This document shows, piece after piece, positions 11,621 through 25,144 of a DNA stretch of 64,000 nucleotides. A program made the position numbers and the translations under genes. Positions within the stretch are counted from its first letter, which is position 1. Each line of letters starts with the position of its first letter. The notes below the pieces were generated by a model that did not search any database, was not told where the DNA came from, and was given only the letters and a program-made list of their open reading frames with translations. Source of the stretch: Geosiphon pyriformis uo1 (taxonomy: Eukaryota > Fungi > Glomeromycota); contig JAAOMT010000762.1 in the NCBI GenBank assembly GCA_016748015.1, positions 62,001 to 126,000 of the forward strand, read 5' to 3'.

Positions 11621-12335
11621 TGTTATGGGTTGGAGTAACAAGTTAACGGATAGCAAAGAAGAACAGGATTGTAGGATGATGAAAAGAATCAAAGGGATTT
11701 CAACTTCAAAGAACGAATTGAATAAGTATGAATTCAATGTGCGAGATCAGTCTCATAAAATATCTCAGTTGCTATACTTTTCAAAAATAACCAGGAAATT
11801 TGAAGGTAGAGGGATAGTCTGTACTGTCAACAAATGATCATGCCTGGTACAATTCTATGCCTCATGTTGGCACTCTTAGAATTCAATATCAGGTATTAGA
11901 TGTACTCTTCAGTCATGTTTTATTCAATAATCTTCAAATGTTACAATTACATATTTCAAAAAAAGGGTAAAAAATAACCAACAAATAATCTTTTATCTTT
12001 AAAATGTTCAGATACTTAAAAGTAGGGAAAGGGTAATTAGCAATAAGAAAATGATTGAGATAAAAGTTGTTATTTTATTTATTTATTTATTTTAATTCTT
12101 CATGTTTTTCTACAGTTTAAGAGATTTATCACTTATATAGCTATTAAAAATGGTTAATGATCAGGTCAACAACTAAGTCAATAATTAGGTCAATGATCAG
12201 GTTAATGATCAGATCAATAATCAGGTTATTAATCAGGTCAATAATTACTTACTAAAAATAGAGTGGCTAATTTATATGACATTAGTGGCTAATACATGTG
12301 ATAATTAATAAGAAGTATAAGTTTTAACTGTAACA
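11621..12335 (-). repeat. A1 5' LTR
   Basis: 715-bp direct repeat of 4585-5299, differing almost only by transitions. Confidence 0.95.
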
Positions 12336-12350
12336 GTATCTTCAATCAAC

Positions 12351-13007
12351 ATAAACAATTATTTTTTGGATCAAAACATTCAAAATGCTTTTTATACTCT
12401 TCATTAGTATTGAATCAAAAACTATCCAAATGCTATTCTGATTATTGGAAAACAAATCATCATAACTGATAACAGTAGAACATATACTGTTATTAGACCA
12501 AAAAAAACTACTACCAGAAGAGAAAAAATTGGTAGTAAAATGGATAAATATCTGTTGGAAAGTATAACAGCAGCTATACTTCTACCTTTTAACACAATTG
12601 GAAAAACACTCCAAGAAATCTTATCCATAAACAAAAACTTGTCATATGGAAGGCAATTAAAACTCTATGGTTGCTTTGGTGAAATTATAGAGAATATGAA
12701 ATTCATGAAGAAAACAACTTTAAAGATACAGGCAAAAATTTTGAGCATTATATGATTAGATGTCCCAAGAGTTTTAACTATTGCTAGAAAAGCCAAAACT
12801 CTAATATAAAGATTTGATCTTTTAAATACAAAACTCATTTCACTTCAAGTGTTATATACCTTATCCACAAAAGACTTCAACAAACTAGTTAGCTTTGAGT
12901 TAGATAAAACTTTTCAAATAGATTACACCATAAATAACTTGATTTTACCAGAGCTCAATCTCTTTGGAAAGGATGATGTTACAGTTGAAACTTATACTTC
13001 TTATTAA
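12351..13007 (+). pseudogene. A0 ORF3
   Basis: Homologous to 5269-5925; start decayed to ATA; internal stops. Confidence 0.8.
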
Positions 13008-13655
13008 TTATCACATGTATTAGCCACTGATGTCATATAAATTAGCCACTTTATTTTTAGAAAGTGATCAATGACCTGACCATTGACCTGATCATTGACT
13101 TGATTATTGACCTAATCATTGACCACTTTTGATAGCTATATAAGTGATGAATTTCTTAGCTGTAGAAAAGTATGTAAAAATCAAAGAAATAAAATAAATA
13201 AAATAACAACTTCCATCTCAATCTTTTTTTTATTGCTAATTTCTTTTTTTCTATCTTTAAGTATCTAAACATCTTGGGATAAAAGATTACTTGTTGGTTA
13301 TTTCTTACCTTTTTTCTGACTTATATAATTGTAGCATTTGAAGATTATTGAATAAAGCATAACTGAAGAATACATCTAATACCTGATATTGAATTCTAAG
13401 AGTGCCAATATGAGGCATAGAATTATACCAGGCATGATTATTTGTTGACAGTATGAACTATTTCTTTACCTTCAGATTTCCTGGTTATCTTTTGAAAAGC
13501 ATAGTGACTGAGATATTTTATGAGACTGATTTCACATATTGAATCTATATTCATTTAATTTGCTCTTTGAAGTTAAATTCTCTTTGATTTCTTTTATTAC
13601 CCTACAATCCTGTTCTTCCTTGTTATCCATTAGCTTGTTACTCTAACCTATAACA
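12977..13655 (+). repeat. A0 3' LTR
   Basis: TGTTACAG...TATAACA; inverted homologue of the A1 LTRs; TATA-like TATATAAG near 13137. Confidence 0.93.
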
Positions 13656-14894
13656 CTATTAGTTGCCATCAAAAATGATTCAATTTCCACATTTGCCAAG
13701 ATCTTCTTAGCTTAATCTCTTCTAGCAATTTGGAGAAATCTTTTCAGATTTTTTGGTTTCTTATCATCACAGCCCCAAAAAGTAACTGACATTCCCCAAC
13801 AAGTTGTAAATCCACCTCATCTTCTTTTCCATATTTTTTTCTGGTATGTTTAATATCTGCACAAACAGCACATGTTTTTTGCTATTATGAACAACAGTTT
13901 TCTATCCTTCTTTTTGGTTTACTTCCATAAACTTGGCATTTTTTTTAAATAATTTGCTACTCTTTTGGCCCAGACTTGGGCTTGGCATTCTGCTTGATAG
14001 ACCCAATTCAGAGTCTTCCAAGTTCTCTGCAGTCTCTTCTAGATTGGCTATATTTTTGTTTGTTTCAGATGGATTGTCCATTTGCTCATCAAATTTCTCT
14101 ACAAATTTTTTTTTGTTAATCTTGTCCAAAATCTTAAGATTGCATTTTTTTAGAGCTGCTTCAATCTGCACTGCTCTCTCAATATTTTTACTAGACAATT
14201 TGGATGGTCTATTCAATTTTTTCAGGAACTTTGATGCCCTCTTTTCACCAGTCCAAGCTTTTATTTGAAACTTATTACTGTTTTCTTCTTTGTTGAACAT
14301 TGGTTACAAGACAAAATTGTTGGTCTGATCTGGTGTTTTATCAGTAAGTTTCTCTTCAATAACCTGGTTAAATCTCTCCATTAGGTCTTTTACACTTATT
14401 TTTTCCAAGTGTTTGTATTTTTTATTGGGTTTTTCTTCTAGTCTGTTGCCTGTTAATAGAGAAAAGTCAGCTGTTCTTTGATGTGGAGCTGTTTTTTTTG
14501 ATGTATTAGCAATTCTAAAAGGTGTGTCATCTCCACTACTTGTGTTTACACTTCTAATTGTTCTACTGCTATGTTTAAACCTGAATAGAAGTGTTGTAAG
14601 TTTCATATTTTCAACTGGTATTTGGTTTGATATAATTGTGTTGTTTTTTTCCTTCTCTGTATTGATAGTGAAATTTCTTTTCACTTGGCCTTTATATTTG
14701 GTGGTATCTTTGCTTGTACTTCTGTTTATAACTGTTGTCACTTTACTGTTAGTATTGTTGTCAGATACTTTAAAGTCTGTTATAATAATAAAGTATACTA
14801 TAACTAAGGGTATCTTTTGGCAAAAAACTATTTTTCTAAATTTGAGACATAATAAATTTTGTGATAGCAAACAAAGAAAGAAAAAAAGTTTTTA
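13656..14894 (-). mobile_element. 5' fragment of another LINE-like element (ORF1 N-terminal half), inserted in an A-family LTR and interrupted by A0
   Basis: ORFs 14304-14870 and 13902-14300 are in one frame, continuing KTVVHNSKKHVLFVQILNIPEKNMEKKMRWIYNLLGNVSYFLG. The 5' end AAAAACTTTTTTTCTTTC resembles the H-element 5' ends. The 3' end and TSD are not in the window. Confidence 0.5.
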
Positions 14895-14987
14895 TGATCA
14901 CTATCTAAAAATAGAATGGCTAATTATATGACATCAGTGGCTAATACATATGATAACTAAAAAAAAATATGAGTTTCAATTGTAACA
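14895..14987 (-). repeat. Terminal 93 bp of a family A LTR (element A4) inserted in the RT of A2
   Basis: Matches the LTR end (...GGCTAATACAT...TTTCAATTGTAACA); followed by ATAT and A2 RT sequence. Confidence 0.85.
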
Positions 14988-16508
14988 ATATTATTATATT
15001 ATCTAAATAAACTAGAACAAAGTTTTCTTTTACTAATTCAAACACTTTGTCTATTAAGCATTGAAAGGTGGAAGGGGCATTAGTGAAACCAAAAGACATG
15101 ACTGTAAATTTGTAAATGTCATACTTGATAATAAAAGCAGTTTTTTTTCTGCTTTCTGAATTTATTTCTACTTGCCAAAATCCAGCAGTTAAGTCAATGA
15201 TTGAGAAGAAAGCAGCACTATTGAATTTGTTTAGCATTACATTAATTTTGGAAAGTAGATACATATTTCTTATAGTAATAGCATTTAATTGGTAATAATC
15301 AATACAAAAACATAGGGTTTCACCTTTTTTGGATACTACTACTACTGAAAAAACTCATTTATTCTTAGTTTCTTGTATGAATCCAAGATTTTTTATTTGG
15401 TTTATCTTTTTCTTAATGAACTTATTATTGTGCCAATTGGATTAATAAAGCTTTAAATAGATAAAACAAGTTTTTCTGGTTGTAATAGTGTGTTGTATCA
15501 CATAAGTTTGTCCAGGGATATTACTTTTTTTTAAGATAACTGGATTATTTCTAGCCAACAGATTTTTAATGTCTACATTTTTTTCTTTAGAGGAGGGTTT
15601 TCTTTGTTCTACTACAAGTGATTGAATCTCAGGTGGTTCATTTTCAAAGGACTTTTGTACTTCTCTTAGTTCTTTTCTTGGTATTAGACTAATGAGTTTC
15701 CAATTTTTGTAGTAAATTAGGCAGGATTTGCATTTATTACTAGGAGAATACAAAACTTTATTATATTAGCACTGGGCACAAGAGCCATGCCACCAATAAC
15801 TGTATTTTGATTTCTTGCCAGGCTTTCTATTAAAAGTTCTTCTAAGGATATTATTGTAGGGCCAGCAAATTAGCTTGTCATTTACAATAATTTCTTCTTT
15901 GTCAGCTTTAACATTGTCTAGTGGCTTGTCATTATTAGTAAAGATAATATAGACAAGTTTAGCTGTTTTTTTTTGTTTTTTTTGATCCTCTTCTTCATTA
16001 CTCTCTTCATCATTTAATTTATCTAATTGCTCATTTTTTTGATTTTGTCTGGGTACTGAAGGAGTTGTCCAATAATCACAATAGGCTTCTTGCCACATCT
16101 AATGGTTAACTCACAAAGTTTATAATCAAGTAAAACTTTGGCTTTTTTGAACCACTTATTGCCAACAATAATAGTGTACTGTTTTGTTTCAGATACTTTT
16201 ATGTCAGTTTCAATGTTAATGCCATTAATATAAACAAAAACAGCTTTGGCTATGCCCAGGCTTTTTTTTTTGTCATTGTATATATTGGTTATTGGTCTAG
16301 TTGAGGGTTCATCAATCTTTCTGCCAATTGCTTTAAAGAAATGTTTGGCAATAATACTAACAGATGATCTACTGTCTAAGATCAGATTAATAAAGTAACC
16401 AGTCACTTGGGCTTTACAAATCAGAGGAATAACATTACTGTTGTCAGTGAGTTCAGTTTAATAAGGGTGCTTGTTGGTTTTTGGTGTTTTTTTCTTTGGA
16501 ATCAATGA

Positions 16509-18894
16509 TTTTTTTTTTGTTAATGTGTAGCTACACTGGTTGTTTATTAGTTATGTGCACAGTAATGTGGTGCTTTTATAAAACCAGCTTATCTAATAAT
16601 ACAATATTACAAGATGTGGCTAACCATAAGTGAAAAGCTCTAACTATATTCTAGTACCATCTTTGCTACTTAATATATCAAACATATCTAATTCATACAT
16701 TTTACCCATAATGTTAACAAGCTCATGACTATTCTTAACCATACCACTCATCTACTTAGCAGTCTAATTAAGATTAAATTTGATACTGAAGAATTGGTCT
16801 TCCCATAAATTCATCATAAGATTAAAGGTAACATTATAAACAGAAAAATCTTTAACATCATCATTATTATCATTATCATTTATGTTGTCATTATTTGATA
16901 CATTTTTCAAGCAGGTCTTTTCACATTTTTTCTTGAGATGTATCATTTTCTTCTGTAACATGGAAGTAATAGCAGCAAAGTCTTTATTTTGCTTAGCCAA
17001 CCCAACCACATTTTCTTTAACAGACACATTCATGGTAGGTAGAGCAAACAGCAATTTAGTAACCAAAACAACCAGTGCACCAACAGGTTCAACCAAGAAT
17101 TTTATTAACAAAGACAGTTCACCAAGATAGAATTTCAGAGAAGCCAATTTAGCATTAACAACAACATCAGGACCAGAAGAGACAACAGGCAGCAGAGGTG
17201 TAACACAATTGGAAGGACACCAAAATCCAAATCCATATTGACAACAGCAACAACAAAAGAAATCACATAGACAGCAGCTTTGGCATAAGATTTAGTTTAC
17301 ACAAAGGACAACTTGAATACTTTGGGACCACCAGTAAAATTGGAAGAGAATTTGGGAAGGAAAAGTGGTGACACCTTATAGTCCACAGCCAAATAATCTA
17401 GCCCTTGACATCTATAGCAGTGATAACATTCAGGAGTTTTCCACCAGATGTGGCAGCCACACAAAATACCAGTTTTTGAAACAGCAATGTTTAAGAATTC
17501 TAAGAAATCAAAAGTAACCACAGCAAAACGTTGATGTCAGTATGACTCAGGGAAGTAAAGAATGAAACAAGTACAGCCACCAACTTGAGAGACTAAATTA
17601 CTTATCTCAAAAGCAATACAGCCAAATAAGAGATTGACTAACTTAGCCTTAAAAGCATTTTTTGAAGAAATAACATCATTTTGGTTGACAACAGAAAGAA
17701 TCTTGATACTGTCTTTTCTAACCAGTACAGACCAGTAAGTAAAAGCAGCAGCAGCAGAAGAAGTGTCTTTGAAATAAACCACAGCATATTGCCATAAACC
17801 AATAGATTTCAACTTAACAGAAGTGACAACACCAAAAACACCAAGAGCAGATTTAATGTCATCAGAAAAGGTACCCAAAAATACATCATAAAGTGCAACT
17901 GACAAAGGAAAAGAAAAAACAGAGGCCACACCAGAAGATTATGCAATCTTAAGAGTGGTCAAAAAAACTTCATCACCAATAACCACTTTGGTAACACCAG
18001 TTAAACTTTCTTGAGATGCAAATTTCACACAGAACAACTTAATAACATCTTATAAAACTGAATGTGGCATTAGGCACAAGAGTGAAGGCCACCCACTTAG
18101 AGAATCTTTGTCAACTATTCACATTTATCTAAGCATCTCCATCAACAACACCAAAAACTAGGAGAAGAATAGATGATTCCATTTCTATCTGATCAGCTTA
18201 ATTTTTGAGATCATCTAAAATAATGGACTGTTTTGCTTCCATGGCAGGAAAAAATCTGCTGGAGATTACCATATCAGACAATACAGTCAGTGGTTGATCT
18301 TGTTTTATATTAAGAGTTGAGCCATTGCTATTGCCATCTATATTAAGTAGAAGGCTGGCTGCTGCTGTAGAGATCTTATCAAAGATTTCATCTAGAACTA
18401 TGAAGAGATTTGGTGTAACCACAGCAGTTGTGACTGCCTGCTGCTGTTTTTTGGAATTTTTGGCTTTTGTGGCCATTTGTGAAACAGAAGTATTTATAGT
18501 AATAGTAGTGGAAGTTGTAAAAGTAGAAAAGACCAACTTGTTAACTGGTCTGTTATTAAAAATTTTTGGGCTTTTAAAAGTAGTAGAAACTATACTGAAA
18601 CTAACCCGAATGTGTCTTTTGGAAGAAACTTTAACTGGAGAAGAACCACCAGTCAAAAGTAAAGAAAATGAACCAGAAGTTGCTAAAAACAGCTTTTCAC
18701 TAATATTTTTCAAAAAAAATGTAGCCAGAACATTTTGTCTAGCTGCTTCAATAACTGAGAGACCCTTTTGTGTTGAAACTTTATTAGTTACTATAAAAAA
18801 AGTAATGTTTGCAACTTTTTTACTCTTAGCTCTAGTCATGATCATAAAATTTTTAAGAGAGAAAGAGTTTTTTTTCTTAAACAGTTATTGTTGA
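16509..18894 (-). mobile_element. H2: second ORF1-only non-LTR element
   Basis: Poly(T) 16509-16518; AATAAA on - at 16543-16548; TSD CTTTGGAATCAATGA (16494-16508) / CTTTGGGATCAATAA (18895-18909). Confidence 0.9.
16644..18845 (-). pseudogene. LINE ORF1-like protein of H2
   Basis: ORFs 18198-18845, 17537-17929, 17297-17521 and 16764-17147; knuckle remnant CYRCQGLDYLAVDY; colinear with H1 ORF1. Confidence 0.8.
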
Positions 18895-19271
18895 CTTTGG
18901 GATCAATAATTTGTGAAAGTCTTTTCTGAATTGTAAATGGGTAATTAACTGGTCAAAGATAATGTTAACTGAAGGTTCCATGAGATTTTTGACAATGGAA
19001 TAAGGACCAGATTTTTGTACAATTTTTGGCAGTTCTAGCTTTGAAAAATTCTTAAAAACTTTAGCCTTTGGTGGTTCATTGTTATTAGCAGTTAATGTGG
19101 ATGCTTTGTTTAGGTCCAAAACGAAATCAATCTTGGCTTTCTTCTTTTTTCTTGTTGATTTAGAAGTGTTGATTGCTAGTTCATTCATGTTATAGTTATC
19201 ATTAATTAGATCAAAAGTGTAAAAAGGATTTTTTTCTGATTGGTTTATACTCTTACTCTTTAAAGGTGTGC

Positions 19272-20734
19272 TTACCAGTTTAAAGGCTAATAAACAGTGG
19301 CTTTGACTAAGGGATCCTCTCCAAAAAAATTGATGTCGACATAATTGAGAAACATTGTTGTTGTTGGTTTTGTTGTTTTGATTATCATTATTTTTAGGAG
19401 CTGGAAGAAACAGAAAAAGATTGTTGTAATCTTTGGAGAAATATTTAGTTAATCTACAGTGATAATACATAAGTGGGCCACAATTTTATTGTCTTTAATA
19501 AGAAAGTTGCTGGGGCTAATTAAAATGGAGTTCAAATCTGGGTCTTTGGAATTGTTAATTTTTTCTGACTGCTTAAGCTAAAGGCTTTAATAACCAGACA
19601 AGATTGGCTGTAAGTCTATTTATTAATTGTTTATTGAGATCTGAAAGAGCAAGAGCCATAACAGGAGCAAAAGCAAAAACTGGAAGTGTAGATTTCAGGT
19701 GCATTTTTTGGTTGTCTTCAATTTATTGGGCAAGTTCAATGGCCATATCCATTATGAAATTGTCTTTCAGAACCAGAAAAGGACAAAAAACATATAAAAG
19801 ATCAGTTTTCAATCCTGCTCTTCTGTTTAGTTTTTTTCAGAGTCAACTTGTTTGATTAACTTTCTAATTGCTTTGGCATATTTGGTTACAATTTCACCAG
19901 GGTCTTGAATTCTTTTTTCTAATTCCATGTATCATTTGGATATCAAAATAGGAGTTTTAAATTTTGTTTCAAACCAGATAGTAAAAGAAATATTGTCTTC
20001 TTTATAATTTGTTGGTGTTCATCTAATGATTTTTTGATAAGCATTGGCATTGGTTTTTTGTAAGAACCAGATAGCAAAAAAAGCCTTGAAAGTAGCCACC
20101 AATGATTTAGAACTTAATATCATATTGGTTGGCTGTGACAGCTCTTTCAAAGTTATTTAATTATTTGATTAGATCTTGTATATTACCTTTGAATAATGGT
20201 AATAAGGTATTGTTTCTTTACCCTAAAGCAGTTTGTATATCTTGGAGAGCAGCCAGAATGTTTGTTTGTATAAAGTCATTAGTCATTGGTTCAGGAGTAA
20301 CTGTTTGTATAGAATGTTCTAATTTGCTTAAGAAGAAATTAAAAACAGATAACTTTCTTTTTCTGTTTCAAAGGAAGTTTCAGCTAACTGGTAGACAGCA
20401 ATCTAAATGTGAATTTGGTAATTCAAATATTCGAAATCAAGAGACTGTTGTTCAAAAGTTGTGGAATATAAAAGTTAATTGAAGCAGTTGTTTCTTTCTT
20501 CAAAGTTGTCTTCAAAATAAGCTTGGTTAAAGTAATAGATTGTATAAACTGTGTAGATTTTAGCTAAATGCTCATTTAGAAATCAGTTCCAAAAGTCTTG
20601 GAATTGTCTACTAGATTGTTTTTCAATGGAAAAGCAAATCAAGCAGGAAAACAGAGAATTAAGTTCAATAAAGTCTAATTATATGCTTTAAAGTATTCTT
20701 CTAATTATTGTAGCAAATATAAATAATCACTTAT
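19272..20734 (-). pseudogene. gag: A2 gag, heavily decayed
   Basis: Nucleotide homology to 10016-11568. Confidence 0.8.
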
Positions 20735-20786
20735 ACAATAAAAAACAAAATAGATTTTGACAATCTCACAAAAAACACTACTTTTA

Positions 20787-21331
20787 TGTTAAAGATTGAA
20801 ATAACAAGTTAACGAATAGTAAGAGAAAACAGAATTTTAGAATAATAGAAATAATCAAAAAGAGAATTACAATAAGGGAGTAAATTGAATAAGTAAGGAT
20901 TTAATATATATGATCAGTCTTATAAAAATCACAGTCATAAATCTTTTCTGGAAATTTAAAGGTAGAGAAATAGTTCATGATTGTTAACAAGATAATACCA
21001 CTGCTATTATTCTATGCTTTAACTTGGTAATTCTTAGAATTAATAACAAGTATTGTTGTGCTTTTTAATCATTTCTTTATTTAATAATTTACAAGAGCAA
21101 GCAATTGCTTTTTAGACTAATTCTAACAAATACAAATCAAGAAAGAGAAAAAATAAGGCATGTAAATATCAACAAGTAATCTTTTATCCCAAAATGTTCA
21201 GATATTTGAAAATAAGAAAAAAAGAATAAGTAATATAAGAGAAAATAATTGATAGTGAGTTTTATTTTATTACTTTAATCATGTTTTTCTACAGCTAAGA
21301 AACTTATTACTTATATAGCTATTGAAAGTGG
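20787..21331 (-). repeat. A2 5' LTR, left part
   Basis: Homologous to 11621-12150; breaks at GTGG where C1 is inserted. Confidence 0.85.
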
Positions 21332-22182
21332 TGTTACAGGTGACAATTTCTGGTGTTGGATTAGATAACAAACCCATAACTTGGTGCTCAAATCTAGTTG
21401 CAGTTGATAGTGATCTGAAAGTTTGTGTTTAAAGGGTTTGTATCCGAAGAGTTTGGTTGAGTTTTTTGTATAATGAACAGAGATTCAATGATAATAGTTT
21501 TATCTGTAGCTTCCTGAAACCACAGTTTTGTCAATTTTTTTCTTAGCTTGATGGCCAGTATTCCTCCTGGTAAGCTATCCTTAATCGAGTGTTCTACCCT
21601 TATTTCTGGGTCTTTTACCAGTTACATTTATCCTAATATCAATACCCTGTGTGTTAATTCTCAATAGAGTTAGTAAACAACAATAAAATCAAAGCAAGAA
21701 ATAAAGAAAAGAAAAGAAAATAAAGAAAGAAAAGAAATAAGCCAAGGCAATTTGCAAGTTAGTATTTCATCAATAGTCATGATCAAGAGCTATTGTTCCA
21801 GTGTGGTTAAGTATCAATTACTATTAACATGAAGTGTTGATAGTGGCAATGGGTTTGAGATAACAAACAGTTATTTATTTGTGGTTTGGAAAGTTGTCTA
21901 GCTGAAATCTAAACTGAGAGGTTTGTTTTTTTAGCTTCTAATCCTACTGCTATATATACATAATTGAGATTTCTCAATTCCTCAATTTTTCACAACAGAA
22001 ATCCTGAAATTCCTAGAATTTTGCAATTCCTTTGAGAGGAATTTTGGAATTCTGGAATCCTGCGATTCTTTGTGAGAATCCTATAATTCCTGGAATCCTG
22101 CAATTCCTGAGAGGAATCCTGGAATTTTATATTTTACTATGTTTACTTCTGATTGATTAATAACTATGCTAATATATATTCC
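21332..22182 (-). repeat. C1 3' LTR (lacks about 20 bp at the PPT end)
   Basis: Direct repeat of 58092-58942; GGAATCCTG/GAATTCCTG repeat array at about 21970-22130. Confidence 0.92.
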
Positions 22183-22194
22183 TTTTTTTTAATA

Positions 22195-22818
22195 TTAAGC
22201 TCTGTCGAAATCTAACTTTGTTAATTCCCCTTCTTGAAGTATTTCCTGAATTTCATTTTTGAGAATTACTTGTGTTATTTGAGTCTGTAATTCTTCAAAT
22301 TGAGTGTTGATGATCTTTTCTAATTGATTACTGGTAACTATATCCATTGCTTTGTTGAATAAGATTTCTGGTTGATCCTGAAATGCTGTGTGTATTTGGT
22401 ATATGGCTCGGACCTATGTGGATAAGTTGTTCTTTCCCAAAAAATGTTCTAATTGTTGTAGTATTCTTGTGTCGAATAATTACTTTGTTTTATCTGTATA
22501 TAGATTTTAGATATTCATGTGTTGTCCCAAGTAAAAATAACAATAGTTTCTTGGAAATTATTGTATCCACCAATTTCAAGTTTTTTTAGTCAACTCTTGA
22601 TATAGTAACTCTTTTGTCAACTCTTTTATTGCTAATTTTACTTTTACAATGATTTTGTCAATGGTATTTTCTGTTTTCTTCTGTGTTCTATATGGTGATA
22701 TTTTTCTAGTGTCTTAATATTGAATGGTTTGTTGATTAATTGTAATTTTCATCTCTTGGTGTTGAATTAATTGAAAGAGTTGTTGTGCTAGTAAGTGGAT
22801 GTTGTCTGTAATTTCCAT
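22195..22818 (-). pseudogene. C1 ORF3 (208 codons, in-frame stops)
   Basis: Manual translation MEITDNIHLLAQQLFQLIQHQEMKITINQQTIQY...YCYFYLGQHM...VRAIYQIHTAF...QFEELQTQITQVIL aligns with B ORF3. Confidence 0.7.
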
Positions 22819-22871
22819 TTTTCTGATATTTTTGTCGTGTCTATTATGTCTTTATATATTCTTTTGATAGA

Positions 22872-24182
22872 TCAATTTAATGTGTTGTTGTCAATAATGA
22901 TGATTGGTTTCAGATCTTGTGGAATTTTCTCTGGTTGGACTAATATCTTCTGTACTCCTAATTGTGAAATATTACTGGTGGATGGTGGTGTGATATTGTG
23001 ATATAGTTTCAGTCAATCTTCATGTGCTGCTTTAGTTAAGATTTTGTTATCCAGTCTTAATTTGTAAGCTCTATTCCCTAGAATTTCTTCTATGTGAAAT
23101 GGTTTATCCCATTAGAGGTCAAATTTTCCACTCCATTGTTTTTCTACTTTGGTACAATGTAAAAGTACTTTGTCTTTAATTTTGAATTCAACTGGTTTGT
23201 TTGGTAGTTGATTATCATGTCTTTCTTTCTGTTTTTCTTGTGACTTTTGTATGTTATCAGCTGCTTTTTTTCATTTGTTTTCCAATGTTTCCATTAAGTC
23301 ATATGTTCTTTTTAACAATGTTTCTTGGAAATTTTTTTCTGTTATTGGTTCAGTTGGATATGTGTTAACCTTTATCTTAACTGGTAATGTTGCTGTTCTA
23401 CCGTATATCAATTCAAATGGTGTTGCTTGTGTGGTGTCTTGCTTTATTGTTCGATAAGCAAATAATACTGATGGTATGAACAAATCCCATTCATCCTGGT
23501 TTTTTTGGCTGAGTTTCACTATTGCTTCACACAATGTTCTATTAAATCTTTCAACTAATCCATTGGTTTGTGGATGATATGGTGATAATAATGGTCTCTT
23601 AATTCCGAATCTTTGGCTTAGTTTTGCTAATATTCTATTCACAAAATGGGTTCCTTGGTCTGATAATAGTTCTTTTGGACATCCATGTTGACAAATCAGA
23701 TCTTGATGGACGAATTTGGCAACGGATTCTGCATCCGCTCTTTGAATTGCTTTGGCTTCTGGCCATTTAGTAAGATAGTTCATGGCTACTGCAATATATC
23801 TGTTGTCTCTGTTGGTAATTGTCAATGATCTGACTAAATTGATTCCAATGCGGTCAAATGGTTGTCCTACTTTAATTGGTTTCAATAGTTTGCTGGGTCT
23901 TATTCCTTCTTTTTTTTGACAAGTATTACAATTTTGCACATATTGGATGATATCTGAATATATCAATGGCCAATAGTATCTTTTTCTGGTTCTTTTTATG
24001 GTTGCTTCTTTATGAAAATGTCCTGCAGCTAGATCTGAGTGCATGTTAAACAATATTGTCTCTTTTTCTGGTTCTGTAATTACTCTAGTTGGTTGATCTG
24101 AATCTTTTCTATTTTTCTGATAAAGTATATTTTGGTAAGTGATAAAATATTTGGATTGTTGTTTGATTCTCTTTTGTTTTGG
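22872..24182 (-). pseudogene. C1 integrase, main part (N-terminus at 34034-34095 and 41737-41754)
   Basis: ORF 23271-24053: HSDLAAGHF, CNTC, LSDQGTHF, PQTNGLVERFN. Confidence 0.92.
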
Positions 24183-25142
24183 TGTTACCAGACGAAATTA
24201 GAGATATTATTTAGCATGAAATTATTGTTATAATTCCTATCATTAATTAACATATATTATTGTTTCAAATTATTACTTATTACATTAGCAAAATGTCTGA
24301 AATTGTCATTTAATTAATAACCCAATTTGTATATGACACAAATGTAACCTAATTGTGATGATCAATTATGCAATACCCCAAACTATGTAACATTCAAAAA
24401 GTTTGCTGAAATTTGTAGAAATTCACTAAAATAATTGATAGTTCACCAAAATATCTAATAGTTCGCAGAAATAACTTGTAGTTTGCTGAAATGTAGAAAA
24501 TAGCAAAGTTCGAGTTTATAGAATAGTATTACGACAAGTTGTATAAAAGAAAAGTGTCTCTCTTCGAGAAAATGTATTTTACTTCAGATTTAATAATTAG
24601 AATTATTCTTTACCTACAAAAACAAAATAAATATCAAATAATTTGAAAAATCAAATCCTTAATTATTTTCCCTTTTAAAATTAACCAATTCTTACTAAAC
24701 AGTTTTGAAATTGATTAGCTACCAATTTCAATAAAACTGTTAGTAACTCCAGGCCTGAATAGAAAACGTTTTCCTTGACAGAATTCTATTTCTTTTACAT
24801 TTCTTTTATTTTTCTTTTATTTTCTTATTATAATCATTAGGGTAGCCTACAGATGAGATTCCTGTAGAAGAGTTGACTTTCACAGCAAAGTAACTACACA
24901 TTTTAGTGAGCTTCCAGACGAGCAATTTCTGAGAAAAAGTTGACATTTACTACAACATAACTACATAAAGTAACTGGCAAGGAATTGTTTATTCCACTTA
25001 TAAGCCTAGCAGTTCAAATTATAGGAGATAATTTGAAGATAAATTCAGTTGCTGGAGGTTCAACCACATCCAGAAAACGTGAATTCACAGCAAACAGACA
25101 TCAACAACATTTAAAAAAAGAGACCAAAAACCTCCGGTAACA
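24183..25142 (+). repeat. B1 5' LTR
   Basis: TGTTACC...GGTAACA; array of about 21-bp repeats at about 24398-24495; TATAAAA at 24543. Confidence 0.95.
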
Positions 25143-25144
25143 TT

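Larger units (their letters stand above)
4585..12335 (-). mobile_element. Full-length Ty3/Gypsy family A copy A1 (7.75 kb)
   Basis: Two 715-bp LTRs (4585-5299, 11621-12335), PBS, PPT, gag/pol/IN/ORF3; 4-bp TSD ATAT/GTAT. Confidence 0.96.
513..13655 (+). mobile_element. Ty3/Gypsy family A copy A0 (3' part; interrupted by H1 and A1)
   Basis: RNase H 513-753, integrase 3246-4554, ORF3 12351-13007, PPT GGAAAGGATGA, 3' LTR 12977-13655. Colinear with A1 and A3 once the nested inserts are removed. Confidence 0.92.
14988..19284 (-). pseudogene. pol: A2 pol 5' half (PR, RT N-terminus), interrupted by H2
   Basis: LILDSRSS, WWHGSCAQC, DLTAGFWQ, YLDN. Confidence 0.85.

Noticed and set aside
14524-14931. 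Hydrophobic membrane-protein-like ORFs here and at 13933, 47344, 55973 and similar sites
   Set aside because: Antisense shadows of K/N/Q/T-rich sense frames.
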